Source of the DNA: Armatimonadota bacterium
GTDB taxonomy: Bacteria; Armatimonadota; Fimbriimonadia; Fimbriimonadales; Fimbriimonadaceae
NCBI GenBank assembly: GCA_031400935.1
Contig: JANNQV010000058.1
Span: forward strand, 53,142-73,141
Length of the DNA: 20,000 bases
Direction: 5' to 3'
Numbering within the stretch: the stretch's first letter is position 1; every line of letters begins with the position of its first letter. Shown piece after piece: positions 8,723-17,003 of this stretch. A program made the translations under genes and the position numbers. Below the pieces are notes generated by a model. The model did no database searches and was not told the DNA's origin. It saw only the letters and a program-made list of their open reading frames with translations.

Positions 8723-9877
8723 ATGAGGTTACTTTTCTGTTCAGTCATTTCGTTGCTTGTCTTAACTGGTTGTGGTGGAGGAGGTTCAGGGTCCTCACCC
8801 ATAACTGAGGGCTCAATATCAATAATAGGAGATTTTGCACCAGCAACCCGCACAGTCCCTGGCTATGCCACTGAACTGAGAGTGGTCATTACTCCACCAC
8901 TTGGAGTAGTACTTCCACCGAACATTGTCAACCCAATCGTACTTACCCGATCTTCACCACAAAGGTCTCTTTCAAATCTGAGTGTAAGTTCGAGTCCCTA
9001 CCAATTAACAATGACAGCCTACACAGGCACTTCTAACGTGGGTGCTGCTGTCAGGAGCATAGTCGTACAAGGTGCGAGAATCTCAGAAGTCGATGTCTCA
9101 GCAAACCTACAAAGTGGAGTTGATTCAATAACTGTTGAAGGAAACTCATCTGTCCTGCAACAAGGTTCAACACAGCTAACGGCATATGCAAGGAATGCTC
9201 AATCTGCAACTCTCTTTTCAGGAGATGGGTTCTCTTGGTCAAGCTCTAATTCAAGTATCTTGTCTGTTGATGCAGATGGAACATTAACAGGTGAAGGTGG
9301 TGGCGATGCCGAAATCACAGCTACCCTTAGCGGAACTTCTCAATCTGGTTCCAAAAGTGTAACAGTAATTCCAACAGGGCAAGGCGCCCCCTTAATTTCA
9401 AATGGAGATATGGAAATTGCTTTTCGAACAATAAGCACAGAAACTTCTCCTTATCCGTTCAGCTACCCTGCAGCACCAGTTCATTGGGTGATGAATACAG
9501 GTGCTCCTAATAGGACAGCAACAAGCGAAATTATGATCTCCCAGGCTCCAACTGGAAGTGGAAGCATGGTTCGCTTCTACAACAATCAAGGGCAAGATGG
9601 AACCTACAATGGTTCTGCATTAGCTCAGTACTTCCCAGCCACCTCAAATGTGCGCTTCGAATGCGATATCAAAGTACTTCAAGGAACAGTGATGTTAGGA
9701 CCAGTTGGAACAAGTGGCCCTTTCTATAGCCAAACAACTTACACACCAAACGGTTCATGGAGACACATTCTAATTGATTGCCCTGTTTCTACTGAAACTG
9801 TTGCATTTCAGAATGTTGGACCTCTCGATTCAGTGCTTGAAATCTACTTGGACAACGTGAAGGTCTATCACCCCTAA
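8723..9877 (+). CDS. Lipoprotein with Ig-like (Big_2-type) domain and a C-terminal beta-sandwich/CBM-like domain
   Basis: SD AAGGAGG before ATG 8723; lipobox LTG-C followed by GGGGSGS; WSSSNSSILSVDADGTLTG...AEITAT is Ig-like; ISNGDME...IYLDNVKV resembles CBM-type jelly-roll domains. Confidence 0.7.
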   Translation: MRLLFCSVISLLVLTGCGGGGSGSSPITEGSISIIGDFAPATRTVPGYATELRVVITPPLGVVLPPNIVNPIVLTRSSPQRSLSNLSVSSSPYQLTMTAYTGTSNVGAAVRSIVVQGARISEVDVSANLQSGVDSITVEGNSSVLQQGSTQLTAYARNAQSATLFSGDGFSWSSSNSSILSVDADGTLTGEGGGDAEITATLSGTSQSGSKSVTVIPTGQGAPLISNGDMEIAFRTISTETSPYPFSYPAAPVHWVMNTGAPNRTATSEIMISQAPTGSGSMVRFYNNQGQDGTYNGSALAQYFPATSNVRFECDIKVLQGTVMLGPVGTSGPFYSQTTYTPNGSWRHILIDCPVSTETVAFQNVGPLDSVLEIYLDNVKVYHP

Positions 9878-9916
9878 AGAAGCAGTATCCAACGATTCTT
9901 TTGGCTCATTGCTACT

Positions 9917-11653
9917 TCATCTTGCAGTGGGCCAAAGACTTGCATTTCCATCAGACACTTGGCTAAATCTGAAATCCCTTAGATCTACTTTGGCAATGTG
10001 AGGCTGGCTTCCATCTTGGGAAGTCATGACAACTGAAGTGTCTCCATCGACAAACTCAACTTCACCAGTATCAAGCTGATTTAGTGGCACCAAAGGCTGA
10101 AATATTCCAGTCCTCAGATCAAGAATTGCAGATTCATGCTTTGTCCTTCGATCAGTTGCAAATAGGACATACATGCCATTCTTGCTGTACCTGCCATGAG
10201 TATCTTCACATGTACCAAGCGTAAGCTGAACAAGGCCACTACCATCAAGGTTCATAGACCAGAGTTTTTGAGATCCTGTTCTGTGGGATGAGAAGATGAT
10301 CCTTTCCCCATTAGGATGAATTGAAGGCTCCAAGTTCCTCTTTCCATCCACGGTAATTAGTTTCCATGTTCCAGAAACGGGGTCAACAATTCCAATTTCC
10401 CAATTTCCAGTCACCATTGTGCAGAAGACTAGTTTCGAACAGTCTGGGCTCCATCTAGGTTGAACATCTCTCTTTCCAGTTGAAACAATTAGCTTCTCTC
10501 CAGTTCCATCAACATTTGCAATGTAAATGTCTTCCTGGCCATTTGGAGATCTGTTGAAGGCAATCCATTTGCCATCTGGCGAGACAGAAGGAACTCCAAC
10601 ATTTGTGAACACTTCTGGAAGTGGAGTTGGATTTCTACCATCACTTGTCATTCTCCAAAGCCTTGAAACTCCATTTCTTGGAGCTACATACACAACCTCG
10701 TCATGCCCAATCTGGTTTGGATCTGGATTGTAAGCACTTACAAGTTGGAAAGGCAGCAGGATTGGAACGAAGCTTGCTAAGCTCGTAATACTCCACTTAC
10801 TCTGCTGAGGTTTTGCATCTTTGGACAGTGCCCTAATCCTTGTTAGCAAATGACTTTGACCTCTGAGTCTTGAAAGAACAGGCTGAGGAATAGCTGCCAC
10901 ATTTGAAACTAAGAGTTCTTTGTATCCCTGTCTGCTTCCTAGTTTCTGATCAATGAATTCCTCTTGGGCAAGGTTGGAATTCCTAAGCCCAAACCAAACA
11001 AGAGGATTCCACCAAAGGAGATGTTGAATGAGGGCATAGAGAACTAGCCTGATCGGGTCATGTTGTTTGAGGTGAAGAAGCTCATGCTCGATAACCAGCC
11101 TGCAATTTGCGGCTTCCAAATCCAAGGATGCAGGAAGAAGAATGACAGGCTGAGTTACACCCCAAACACAGGGTGATTGAATTGCATCTGATACTTTGAG
11201 CATGGGAACGTCTGCAAGTTCAAATTGCTGTCCTAGTTCATATAGGAGCGCGAGTAGCTCTTCATCCACAACTTGTTCAGCGCTCCTTACCAATCTGAGA
11301 GTTGCTATAAGTCTCCATCCAAGAACTCCAACTCCAAGAATGGCAAGTGTTGCCACGATGATGACAAAGTAACTTGTCTTAGGATCACCTAGATAAGTTG
11401 GGGACAATTTGGCATATCCTGGTTCGAGCTCAAAGACTTGTGCTCCAAAGTTTCCTTGAATCTCATTACCTTTCAGAATAGGTAGATAAATTCTGGAAAA
11501 AGGAATAAATAAGATCAATGGGGATGCAAAGCAAACAGTCCAAATCCACTTTCTAACAAGAGAGTCTCTTCTGAAAATCCAACTTAAGGCCAGCCCAAGT
11601 GCAAAGACTGCTGAAATCCTGAACAGAATCTCAATGAGTTGGAATTGGGACAT
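9917..11653 (-). CDS. BlaR1/MecR1-family M56 metallopeptidase with C-terminal TolB/PD40-like beta-propeller
   Basis: N-terminal TM segments; SPCVWG...PVILLP, HELLH and WWNPLVW; repeats PSVSPDGKWIAF, PRWSPDCSKLVF and PSIHPNGERIIF. Lies directly downstream of a BlaI-like gene. Confidence 0.85.
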   Translation of the reverse strand: MSQFQLIEILFRISAVFALGLALSWIFRRDSLVRKWIWTVCFASPLILFIPFSRIYLPILKGNEIQGNFGAQVFELEPGYAKLSPTYLGDPKTSYFVIIVATLAILGVGVLGWRLIATLRLVRSAEQVVDEELLALLYELGQQFELADVPMLKVSDAIQSPCVWGVTQPVILLPASLDLEAANCRLVIEHELLHLKQHDPIRLVLYALIQHLLWWNPLVWFGLRNSNLAQEEFIDQKLGSRQGYKELLVSNVAAIPQPVLSRLRGQSHLLTRIRALSKDAKPQQSKWSITSLASFVPILLPFQLVSAYNPDPNQIGHDEVVYVAPRNGVSRLWRMTSDGRNPTPLPEVFTNVGVPSVSPDGKWIAFNRSPNGQEDIYIANVDGTGEKLIVSTGKRDVQPRWSPDCSKLVFCTMVTGNWEIGIVDPVSGTWKLITVDGKRNLEPSIHPNGERIIFSSHRTGSQKLWSMNLDGSGLVQLTLGTCEDTHGRYSKNGMYVLFATDRRTKHESAILDLRTGIFQPLVPLNQLDTGEVEFVDGDTSVVMTSQDGSQPHIAKVDLRDFRFSQVSDGNASLWPTAR

Positions 11654-11659
11654 TTCTTC

Positions 11660-12031
11660 TCACTCTTCAAGCTTGTCAAGAAGTTCTCGAAGCTCTTTTA
11701 GCTCAGCAGGGTCAATTCCCTTTGCATCTGCAAGGAAAGAAGCAATTGGTTTCAGGCTCCCTCCTAATCTGTCTTTGACAAATGACTCTACTAGCTGCCT
11801 TTCCATATCCTCAGAGGCTTGTTTGGCAGAGTATATGAATGTTCCTTCGACCAGCTCCCTCTCTACCAATCCTTTCTTTAGCAACCTATCCATTGATTTG
11901 ACAATGGTTCCCCTTGTGTAGCCCTGAGGTTTTCCAAACTGATCAAAGATATCCCTGACTGAGAGAGAGCCTTGGCTTGAAAGGAACTGTAGGAGATCGA
12001 ATTCAAACTTGCCTGGGGGTCTAGATGCCAT
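11660..12031 (-). CDS. BlaI/MecI/CopY-family transcriptional repressor
   Basis: EFDLLQFL...SVRDI...YTRGTIVKSMDRLLKKGLVER...FIYSA...ELKELRELL pattern. Likely start is ATG 12031, 6 nt after CATAAT. Confidence 0.85.
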   Translation of the reverse strand: MASRPPGKFEFDLLQFLSSQGSLSVRDIFDQFGKPQGYTRGTIVKSMDRLLKKGLVERELVEGTFIYSAKQASEDMERQLVESFVKDRLGGSLKPIASFLADAKGIDPAELKELRELLDKLEE

Positions 12032-12054
12032 GAAGAAATTATGCACTATTTCAT

Positions 12055-12108
12055 GATGACTATTGACATCTAGTTTCAGAGTTTGTTAGACTGATGACAG
12101 TAAGCATC
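12055..12108 (+). promoter_or_regulatory. Divergent promoter region with two putative BlaI-family operators
   Basis: TTGACA (12063-12068), 18 bp spacer, TG-T-TAGACT (-10 at 12087-12092). Sites GATGACTatTGACATC at 12055-12070 and GATGACAgtAAGCATC at 12093-12108. Confidence 0.7.
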
Positions 12109-12132
12109 TATGAGTACTCGGAGAACTTGGAA

Positions 12133-12744
12133 ATGGTCGTGCATCTCGTCATCCTCTTTACACTCGCCCCTGCAACAATGCCTAGCATAAGCCATTTTCT
12201 TGGACAGAGTGCTTTGCCACTCACACTTAGTGAAGCCCAGAATTTCCGAGGCGACATAACTGCGACCCTCAAACGGTTTGTTCAAAGGAAGGCCTTTATT
12301 GGCACCTCCATCGATGGTAAGAAGATGACTGATACAGTGAGAGAGTTTAAATTGAACGCCAAGTTACTAGTTCTTCATAACAATTCTACTATTAAGAATG
12401 TTGTAACAGATGATACATACGCCATACCGCTGAACAAAGTCACTGAGCTGCATCTTTCTGACATTGTCTTTGCATACCAAGAGCTTTCAGTAGAACTGAA
12501 ACCTGGCGAGTGGCATGGCGTAGTGTTTGTAACTGATCCTCCTACTAAGCAAATTAGGATGTTACGACAAATCACATTTTTTGAGAAGCGGAGTGAGCCC
12601 ACTAGTAAGCTAGAGGGTAGGTGTTTAGTAAAGTTCCGAAGTTCGGCATCTGAGGCTCGTATCGTGTTAGATCTATGCAGGCAGCTCTGTGAGCGATATG
12701 GTGGAACTCCAAAACTATACGATGGTATTGGCAAAAATGAGTGA
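12133..12744 (+). CDS. Hypothetical protein, possibly exported
   Basis: Open frame; GGAG at 12120-12123 before ATG 12133; hydrophobic N-terminus MVVHLVILFTLAPA. ATG 12094 is too close to the predicted -10 to be transcribed. Confidence 0.55.
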   Translation: MVVHLVILFTLAPATMPSISHFLGQSALPLTLSEAQNFRGDITATLKRFVQRKAFIGTSIDGKKMTDTVREFKLNAKLLVLHNNSTIKNVVTDDTYAIPLNKVTELHLSDIVFAYQELSVELKPGEWHGVVFVTDPPTKQIRMLRQITFFEKRSEPTSKLEGRCLVKFRSSASEARIVLDLCRQLCERYGGTPKLYDGIGKNE

Positions 12745-12774
12745 CACTTCTGAATGTAATTCTTATGACTGATA

Positions 12775-12900
12775 ATGGGAAGCACTTCAGAATTCATTGA
12801 TTACAACGAGTTTCTTGGTGTGAACTTAGATGCTTTAAGAGATGTCATTTCTGAGCGAATTCGAGCAATGTATGAGACCTGGCTGAGCGTTCTCGCATGA
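12775..12900 (+). CDS. 41-aa ORF resembling the N-terminal half of a J-domain (possible remnant)
   Basis: MGSTSEFIDYNEFLGVNLDALRDVISERIRAMYETWLSVLA*; its stop overlaps the next start codon (ATGA at 12897-12900). Confidence 0.4.
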   Translation: MGSTSEFIDYNEFLGVNLDALRDVISERIRAMYETWLSVLA

Positions 12901-13619
12901 ACCGCAAAGAGTGGGCTGCAAATGTCCTTCGTATCCCCCCAAATTCCACTCATGATGTAGCTAAACAAGCTCATCGAGATCTGCTTATGGTTTGGCACCC
13001 TGACAAGTACTCAGGCAATCTGAGGTTGAAGGGCAGAGCCGAAGAAATGGCTAAGGAGATCAACCTGGCCTTCGAAGTGTTTACGGGTAAAGACTCTGAG
13101 TCTCAGATTCCTGGCACAGAAGAAAGAGCAAGTTACTTTTCAGAGGATTCGTCAAAACCTGATTGGAGCAATTGGCAAAAGACTTCAAGTGGAAGCGCAG
13201 GTCCTCCAACACAAGAAAAGGAACCTGCTGCATCAGCTGGTATGCAGGACATGTGGTGGGTTGAAGAATCCAAGCTTTATGAGCAAAAAGGTCGAACACA
13301 GAATAATCAGACAACCTCACGACAAACTAACGAAAGTGGGGGATCAGGTTGTGCAGGCGGTGTGATAATGGGAGGGCTAATTGGCCTCCTTTTTGGTGGT
13401 TGGGGTGCCATTCCAGGAGCGCTGATAGGTGGACTTATTGGCGGATCAATAGGCAATAACGACAAGAAGTCTGGAGATGCAGTTGATGCAATGGGTGGAA
13501 GTACTTTGGGCTGCCTTGGATCATTCATAAGTGGTCTTTTTGAGACTGTGGTTGGGTGTGGTTGCGTGATTGCTGTTGGAATCGTAATCCTTGTGATAAT
13601 TGCATCCTTATCAAGGTGA
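12897..13619 (+). CDS. J-domain (DnaJ-like) membrane protein
   Basis: VLRIPPNSTHDVAKQAHRDLLMVWHPDKY...KEINLAFEV contains the HPD motif; low-complexity linker; Gly-rich hydrophobic segments and a C-terminal TM helix. Confidence 0.75.
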   Translation: MNRKEWAANVLRIPPNSTHDVAKQAHRDLLMVWHPDKYSGNLRLKGRAEEMAKEINLAFEVFTGKDSESQIPGTEERASYFSEDSSKPDWSNWQKTSSGSAGPPTQEKEPAASAGMQDMWWVEESKLYEQKGRTQNNQTTSRQTNESGGSGCAGGVIMGGLIGLLFGGWGAIPGALIGGLIGGSIGNNDKKSGDAVDAMGGSTLGCLGSFISGLFETVVGCGCVIAVGIVILVIIASLSR

Positions 13620-13674
13620 TTTGTTCACACGCTGGATTGGGTCAAAGTTAACAAGTGCCGAAGCATAATTAGCT

Positions 13675-13866
13675 ATGGAAACAAGATGCAGATGTTGTGC
13701 TCAACAGACTCCGAAGGAAAGGCCAAGGATCTGCCCTGAATGCCTTCACGAGTTCAAAGGCAATGGCTGGGATGGAATAGATGCACATTGGCGATCTAAG
13801 CACGAGGATGTCATGTCTTATGAGGAGTTCTGGGACAGCTTGTGTTCAGATCATAAGGGCAGCTGA
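13675..13866 (+). CDS. Small Cys/His-rich (zinc-finger-like) protein
   Basis: 63 aa with CRCC, CPEC-x14-H-x4-H and C-x2-H; CATAAT lies 5 nt before the ATG. Confidence 0.6.
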   Translation: METRCRCCAQQTPKERPRICPECLHEFKGNGWDGIDAHWRSKHEDVMSYEEFWDSLCSDHKGS

Positions 13867-13894
13867 GAGCCTGTTGTGCCTCCTTTCTAACCAA

Positions 13895-15007
13895 CTAAGC
13901 AAAGAGCTTTGATCCTACTGCATCACTTGCTTCTCTGATCTGCTTCTCTGAAGTCTCAGCATAAATACAAGTCACTGCCAACTGTGAATGTCCTAAAGCT
14001 CTTGAGACTGTGATCAGCTCTGTACCACTCTGTAAGGCTATAGAAGCAAAGGAATGTCTCAATTGGTGAGAAGTGACCTTACCAATTCCAGCCTTTGCAG
14101 AATCAACCTCCAAAGATCTATTGTAATTCCTGGGATCTATTGGTCTAAGGGATTCAGTACAGAAGATGAACTCTCCTTTCTGATCCAGTTTATTTAACTC
14201 TGATATGATTTCAGGAACTAGAGCTACTTTCCTTCTGGAAAGATCAGTCTTGAGAGGTTGCTCTACAAGTGCTCCATTGGACCTCTGGATCTGCCTAGTG
14301 ATCGTTAGAACATCATCCTTAAGATCACTCCATTTGAGTCCTAGAAGCTCTCCGACTCTTAAACCAGTGGTAGCTTGCAACTTATAGGCAGTTTTCATTG
14401 TTCCAGCTTCCTTAAAGAGCTTCTGAATCTGCTCAATGCTCAAGGCTTTGATCTGTCTAGCAGGGATCTTCTCATGTACCTGTGATCGTATGGCTGGATT
14501 TGAATCAATGTATCCAAGTCTTACAGCATGATTGAGAGTAGCAACCAAGAATGCTCTAAGTCTGGATTTAGATCTTGCACACATAGGTCTGATTGATTGA
14601 CCTTTGCAGTTGATTCTGATAGTCTTTGGCTTATTGATCACAAGCTCAATATCTTGGACTGTTAGCTTATTAAGCTTGATATCCTTGATTGAATCAAGAT
14701 GGTGCTTTGTGAAGCTTGCATACATTCTCTTGGTAGAAGCTCTTAGCTTGAATGTCCATACAGTCTCTTCAAGCTGGTTAATGAGCTTCCCTACTGTCAT
14801 TCCAGTAGCTTCTTTGCTCTTTGGTGCTCCTTTAAGAAGCTCCACATTGAACTCTTTCAACTTGCTCCAAGCTTCAATTTCATTATCAGCATAAGCAGTG
14901 AAAGTCTTGTTAAGTCCATCTGCATCTTTGTAGTTGCGTCTTGCAATCTTTCTACCAGTAGCTTTGTGATCACAAACCGATCCCGGAATCTTTGAATTTG
15001 TTGCCAT
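13895..15007 (-). CDS. int: Tyrosine recombinase / integrase
   Basis: Full catalytic set: TGLRVGELLGL (R), LKT (K), HQLRH (HxxR), LGHS (H), CIYA (Y); 370 aa including a core-binding region. Confidence 0.95.
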   Translation of the reverse strand: MATNSKIPGSVCDHKATGRKIARRNYKDADGLNKTFTAYADNEIEAWSKLKEFNVELLKGAPKSKEATGMTVGKLINQLEETVWTFKLRASTKRMYASFTKHHLDSIKDIKLNKLTVQDIELVINKPKTIRINCKGQSIRPMCARSKSRLRAFLVATLNHAVRLGYIDSNPAIRSQVHEKIPARQIKALSIEQIQKLFKEAGTMKTAYKLQATTGLRVGELLGLKWSDLKDDVLTITRQIQRSNGALVEQPLKTDLSRRKVALVPEIISELNKLDQKGEFIFCTESLRPIDPRNYNRSLEVDSAKAGIGKVTSHQLRHSFASIALQSGTELITVSRALGHSQLAVTCIYAETSEKQIREASDAVGSKLFA

Positions 15008-15077
15008 GACTGTTTAATTAAACGGATGTACTCACTGAAACAAATACATCATTTTCAAATTTGTGGAAAACGTAAGT

Positions 15078-15115
15078 AACTGTAGCCTGTTGAATAGAAC
15101 TCAAAGGCTACAGTT
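15078..15115. repeat. Intergenic stem-loop H1
   Basis: AACTGTAGCCT/AGGCTACAGTT 11-bp arms plus TTGA/TCAA. Confidence 0.8.
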
Positions 15116-15128
15116 TCTAAGTTTATTT

Positions 15129-15446
15129 TCATTCTGCTAGGTTAGGATACTCAGGATATGCTTCCTTGATCAGCTTGATTTCACTTGGTTTGAGAAGGGC
15201 AATACTGCTAATCTTTCTGTACTTCTTATAAGTACCAATCGCGTAAGACAACTCATGCTTGAAGTCATCATCAGCATCTGGTCTATCCTTGAGGATTTCC
15301 TCAAATAGCGAGGCTCGCTCTTGAAGGCCTCGAATCTGAAGGTTGACTCGATTCTCAAGATTCTCAAGATTCTTAATACGCTTCTCTGCACTCCAGCCCA
15401 AGATCGCGCAGGATTGAACTACTATTTCTTTCTGAATTTCTGTCAT
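15129..15446 (-). CDS. Hypothetical protein (helical, coiled-coil-like)
   Basis: 105-aa ORF with SD AAGGAG upstream. Confidence 0.7.
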   Translation of the reverse strand: MTEIQKEIVVQSCAILGWSAEKRIKNLENLENRVNLQIRGLQERASLFEEILKDRPDADDDFKHELSYAIGTYKKYRKISSIALLKPSEIKLIKEAYPEYPNLAE

Positions 15447-15469
15447 TTCTAATTTCTCCTTAAGATAAC

Positions 15470-15502
15470 CAACTGAGGCTCATGGTATAAGAGCCTCAGT
15501 TG
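15470..15502. repeat. Intergenic stem-loop H2
   Basis: CAACTGAGGCTC-9 nt-GAGCCTCAGTTG. Confidence 0.85.
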
Positions 15503-15513
15503 CTTCCTTGACT

Positions 15514-15846
15514 CTATAGTGCTAGGAAGGGTTCGGGTGTCATATCGAACAGGTCCAGTGGTTCATTGTCCACACTGATTCTGCCTCTGATGCTTTCAAT
15601 TCCTGCATAATTGATGTGAAAGAACATTGGATATGAGAAGACACAATTGCTTTCATCTCCAATCTTTTCCACAACACTTTGCTCAAAGACACGGTTCAGA
15701 TTTCTCGAAACAGAGAGTTCGTGAGCAGCCTTGAACTCTTTTCCTGAGAGCCTGAATTCCAGCTTCTTACCTATGCTATTCGGAATTCCAATTGAACTTG
15801 CCATAGCTTTCAGTGATAAATATAACTCAACTTGCTTAATGTTCAT
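15514..15846 (-). CDS. Hypothetical protein
   Basis: SD-like AAGAGG before ATG 15846 (MNIKQVELY). The longer predicted start at 15900 lies inside hairpin H3. Confidence 0.6.
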   Translation of the reverse strand: MNIKQVELYLSLKAMASSIGIPNSIGKKLEFRLSGKEFKAAHELSVSRNLNRVFEQSVVEKIGDESNCVFSYPMFFHINYAGIESIRGRISVDNEPLDLFDMTPEPFLAL

Positions 15847-15876
15847 CGTTTTTTTCCTCTTGAATTGAGTAGGTAA

Positions 15877-15909
15877 CTGAGGCTCTTGGATCAACTCCAA
15901 GAGCCTCAG
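15877..15909. repeat. Intergenic stem-loop H3 (related in sequence to H2)
   Basis: CTGAGGCTCTTGGA-tcaac-TCCAAGAGCCTCAG. Confidence 0.85.
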
Positions 15910-15924
15910 AAAAACCTATCTTTG

Positions 15925-16311
15925 CTAAGCAGCAGCCTTCTCCTTTGGGCTGAATGCTTCATGTTTCATCGAGGCATTTACCTTGCGAATAAGAACGGCC
16001 TGATCATCAAGGAGAATGATCACCTTCCTTCCGGTAGCTACTTTAGCTCTTTTCAAAGCAGCTTGGAAGACAGCATTATCATCCAAATCAGATTGACTTG
16101 CCCAAGTGTATTCGGCAACCATCTTCTCAGAATCAAAGCCTGAAGCTCTATAAGCTCCCCAATTTTTGGGGTCCTTTTCAGTATTCGCAATATATGGGTG
16201 TGCAGTTTCGAGCTTAACGAAGTGTGCTAGAAAAATATCAACAGGTGATATTTCAAGAGCAAGTATGTTGAGGGAAACACTTTTGGTGCTTCCAAAATTA
16301 AACGATTTCAT
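15925..16311 (-). CDS. Hypothetical protein
   Basis: 128-aa ORF with a strong SD (AGGAGG) 8 nt upstream of the ATG. Confidence 0.75.
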   Translation of the reverse strand: MKSFNFGSTKSVSLNILALEISPVDIFLAHFVKLETAHPYIANTEKDPKNWGAYRASGFDSEKMVAEYTWASQSDLDDNAVFQAALKRAKVATGRKVIILLDDQAVLIRKVNASMKHEAFSPKEKAAA

Positions 16312-16423
16312 AGTTTTGACCTCCTAGGTCTGATCAAAACTGCTGGATAGAAAACAACAAAAAGCCTGTAATGACAAACTAAACAGCAGTTTGATCTGCA
16401 TATTCAATTACCATTACAGGCTT
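16312..16423 (-). promoter_or_regulatory. Structured leader with overlapping alternative pairings (terminator-like stem, SD-sequestering stem, anti-sequester segment)
   Basis: 16412-16423 pairs with 16362-16373 (12 bp, followed by a U-rich tract). 16332-16341 pairs with 16312-16321. 16384-16396 pairs with 16332-16345. Confidence 0.55.
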
Positions 16424-16461
16424 AGGTTGATCCTCAAGGGACCAACGCGATTGAAACTAGA

Positions 16462-16866
16462 CTATACCACCGCTTTTGGAGGATTTATCTGATTTATTGA
16501 AAAAACTCGCTTTTCAGGTTCAAAAATATCTGCTCCAAGCTTCTTGAAGGGGTCAATCTCTGGTCCAGCTTCAACCAAGAACCACTCTTCAAGTGCTCCA
16601 GTAACTTGAACCAGGCAACATGGCTCCTTTCCTCCTGATCTGATCTGAGGAAATTCAAACTCAATATCCTTGGAGTTTCCAATCCAGCTCCACTCTTCCT
16701 GAAGATCTGAATCAAGATCAAGTTGCCAATATCCTTCAGTACCTTCTGGAAGCCTAGCAAGCTGCTTTCTGATCATTTGATCAACAGCTAATCTAGCCTT
16801 AAAAGCAAGACTGCTCTTATCTTGCTTTTCCTTTTGCCTTCTCTTCTTTCGACCTTCCTCTTTCAT
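16462..16866 (-). CDS. Hypothetical protein
   Basis: 134-aa ORF starting 9 nt after the tRNA CCA; basic N-terminus; no clear SD. Confidence 0.55.
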   Translation of the reverse strand: MKEEGRKKRRQKEKQDKSSLAFKARLAVDQMIRKQLARLPEGTEGYWQLDLDSDLQEEWSWIGNSKDIEFEFPQIRSGGKEPCCLVQVTGALEEWFLVEAGPEIDPFKKLGADIFEPEKRVFSINQINPPKAVV

Positions 16867-16875
16867 TTTGAGACC

Positions 16876-16951
16876 TGGAGCTGCTAAGGAGACTCGAACT
16901 CCTGACTTGATCTTTACGAAAGACCTACTCTACCAACTGAGTTATAGCAGC
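16876..16951 (-). tRNA. tRNA-Thr(CGT), complete, element-borne
   Basis: GCTGCTA TA ACTC-AGTTGGTA-GAGT A GGTCT-TTCGTAA-AGATC AAGTC AGGAG-TTCGAGT-CTCCT TAGCAGC T CCA forms a 76-nt cloverleaf with G1-C72/C2-G71. Confidence 0.95.
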
Positions 16952-16967
16952 TCTTCTGAACCTTATG

Positions 16968-16997
16968 ATTCTACTCAAGGCTTCCCTATAGAGACAA
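16968..16997 (-). promoter_or_regulatory. Putative sigma70 promoter of the element tRNA
   Basis: Minus strand TTGTCT, 18 bp spacer, TAGAAT, ending 16 nt upstream of the tRNA. Confidence 0.55.
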
Positions 16998-17003
16998 GCT
17001 GAA

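Noticed and set aside
9917..12031. Beta-lactam resistance locus
   Set aside because: No beta-lactamase or PBP gene is nearby and the sensor lacks a penicillin-binding domain.
15078..15909. Integron with attC sites
   Set aside because: The hairpins are only 33-38 nt, shorter than attC sites. They match RYYYAAC/GTTRRRY poorly, and the integrase looks phage/ICE-type rather than IntI-like.
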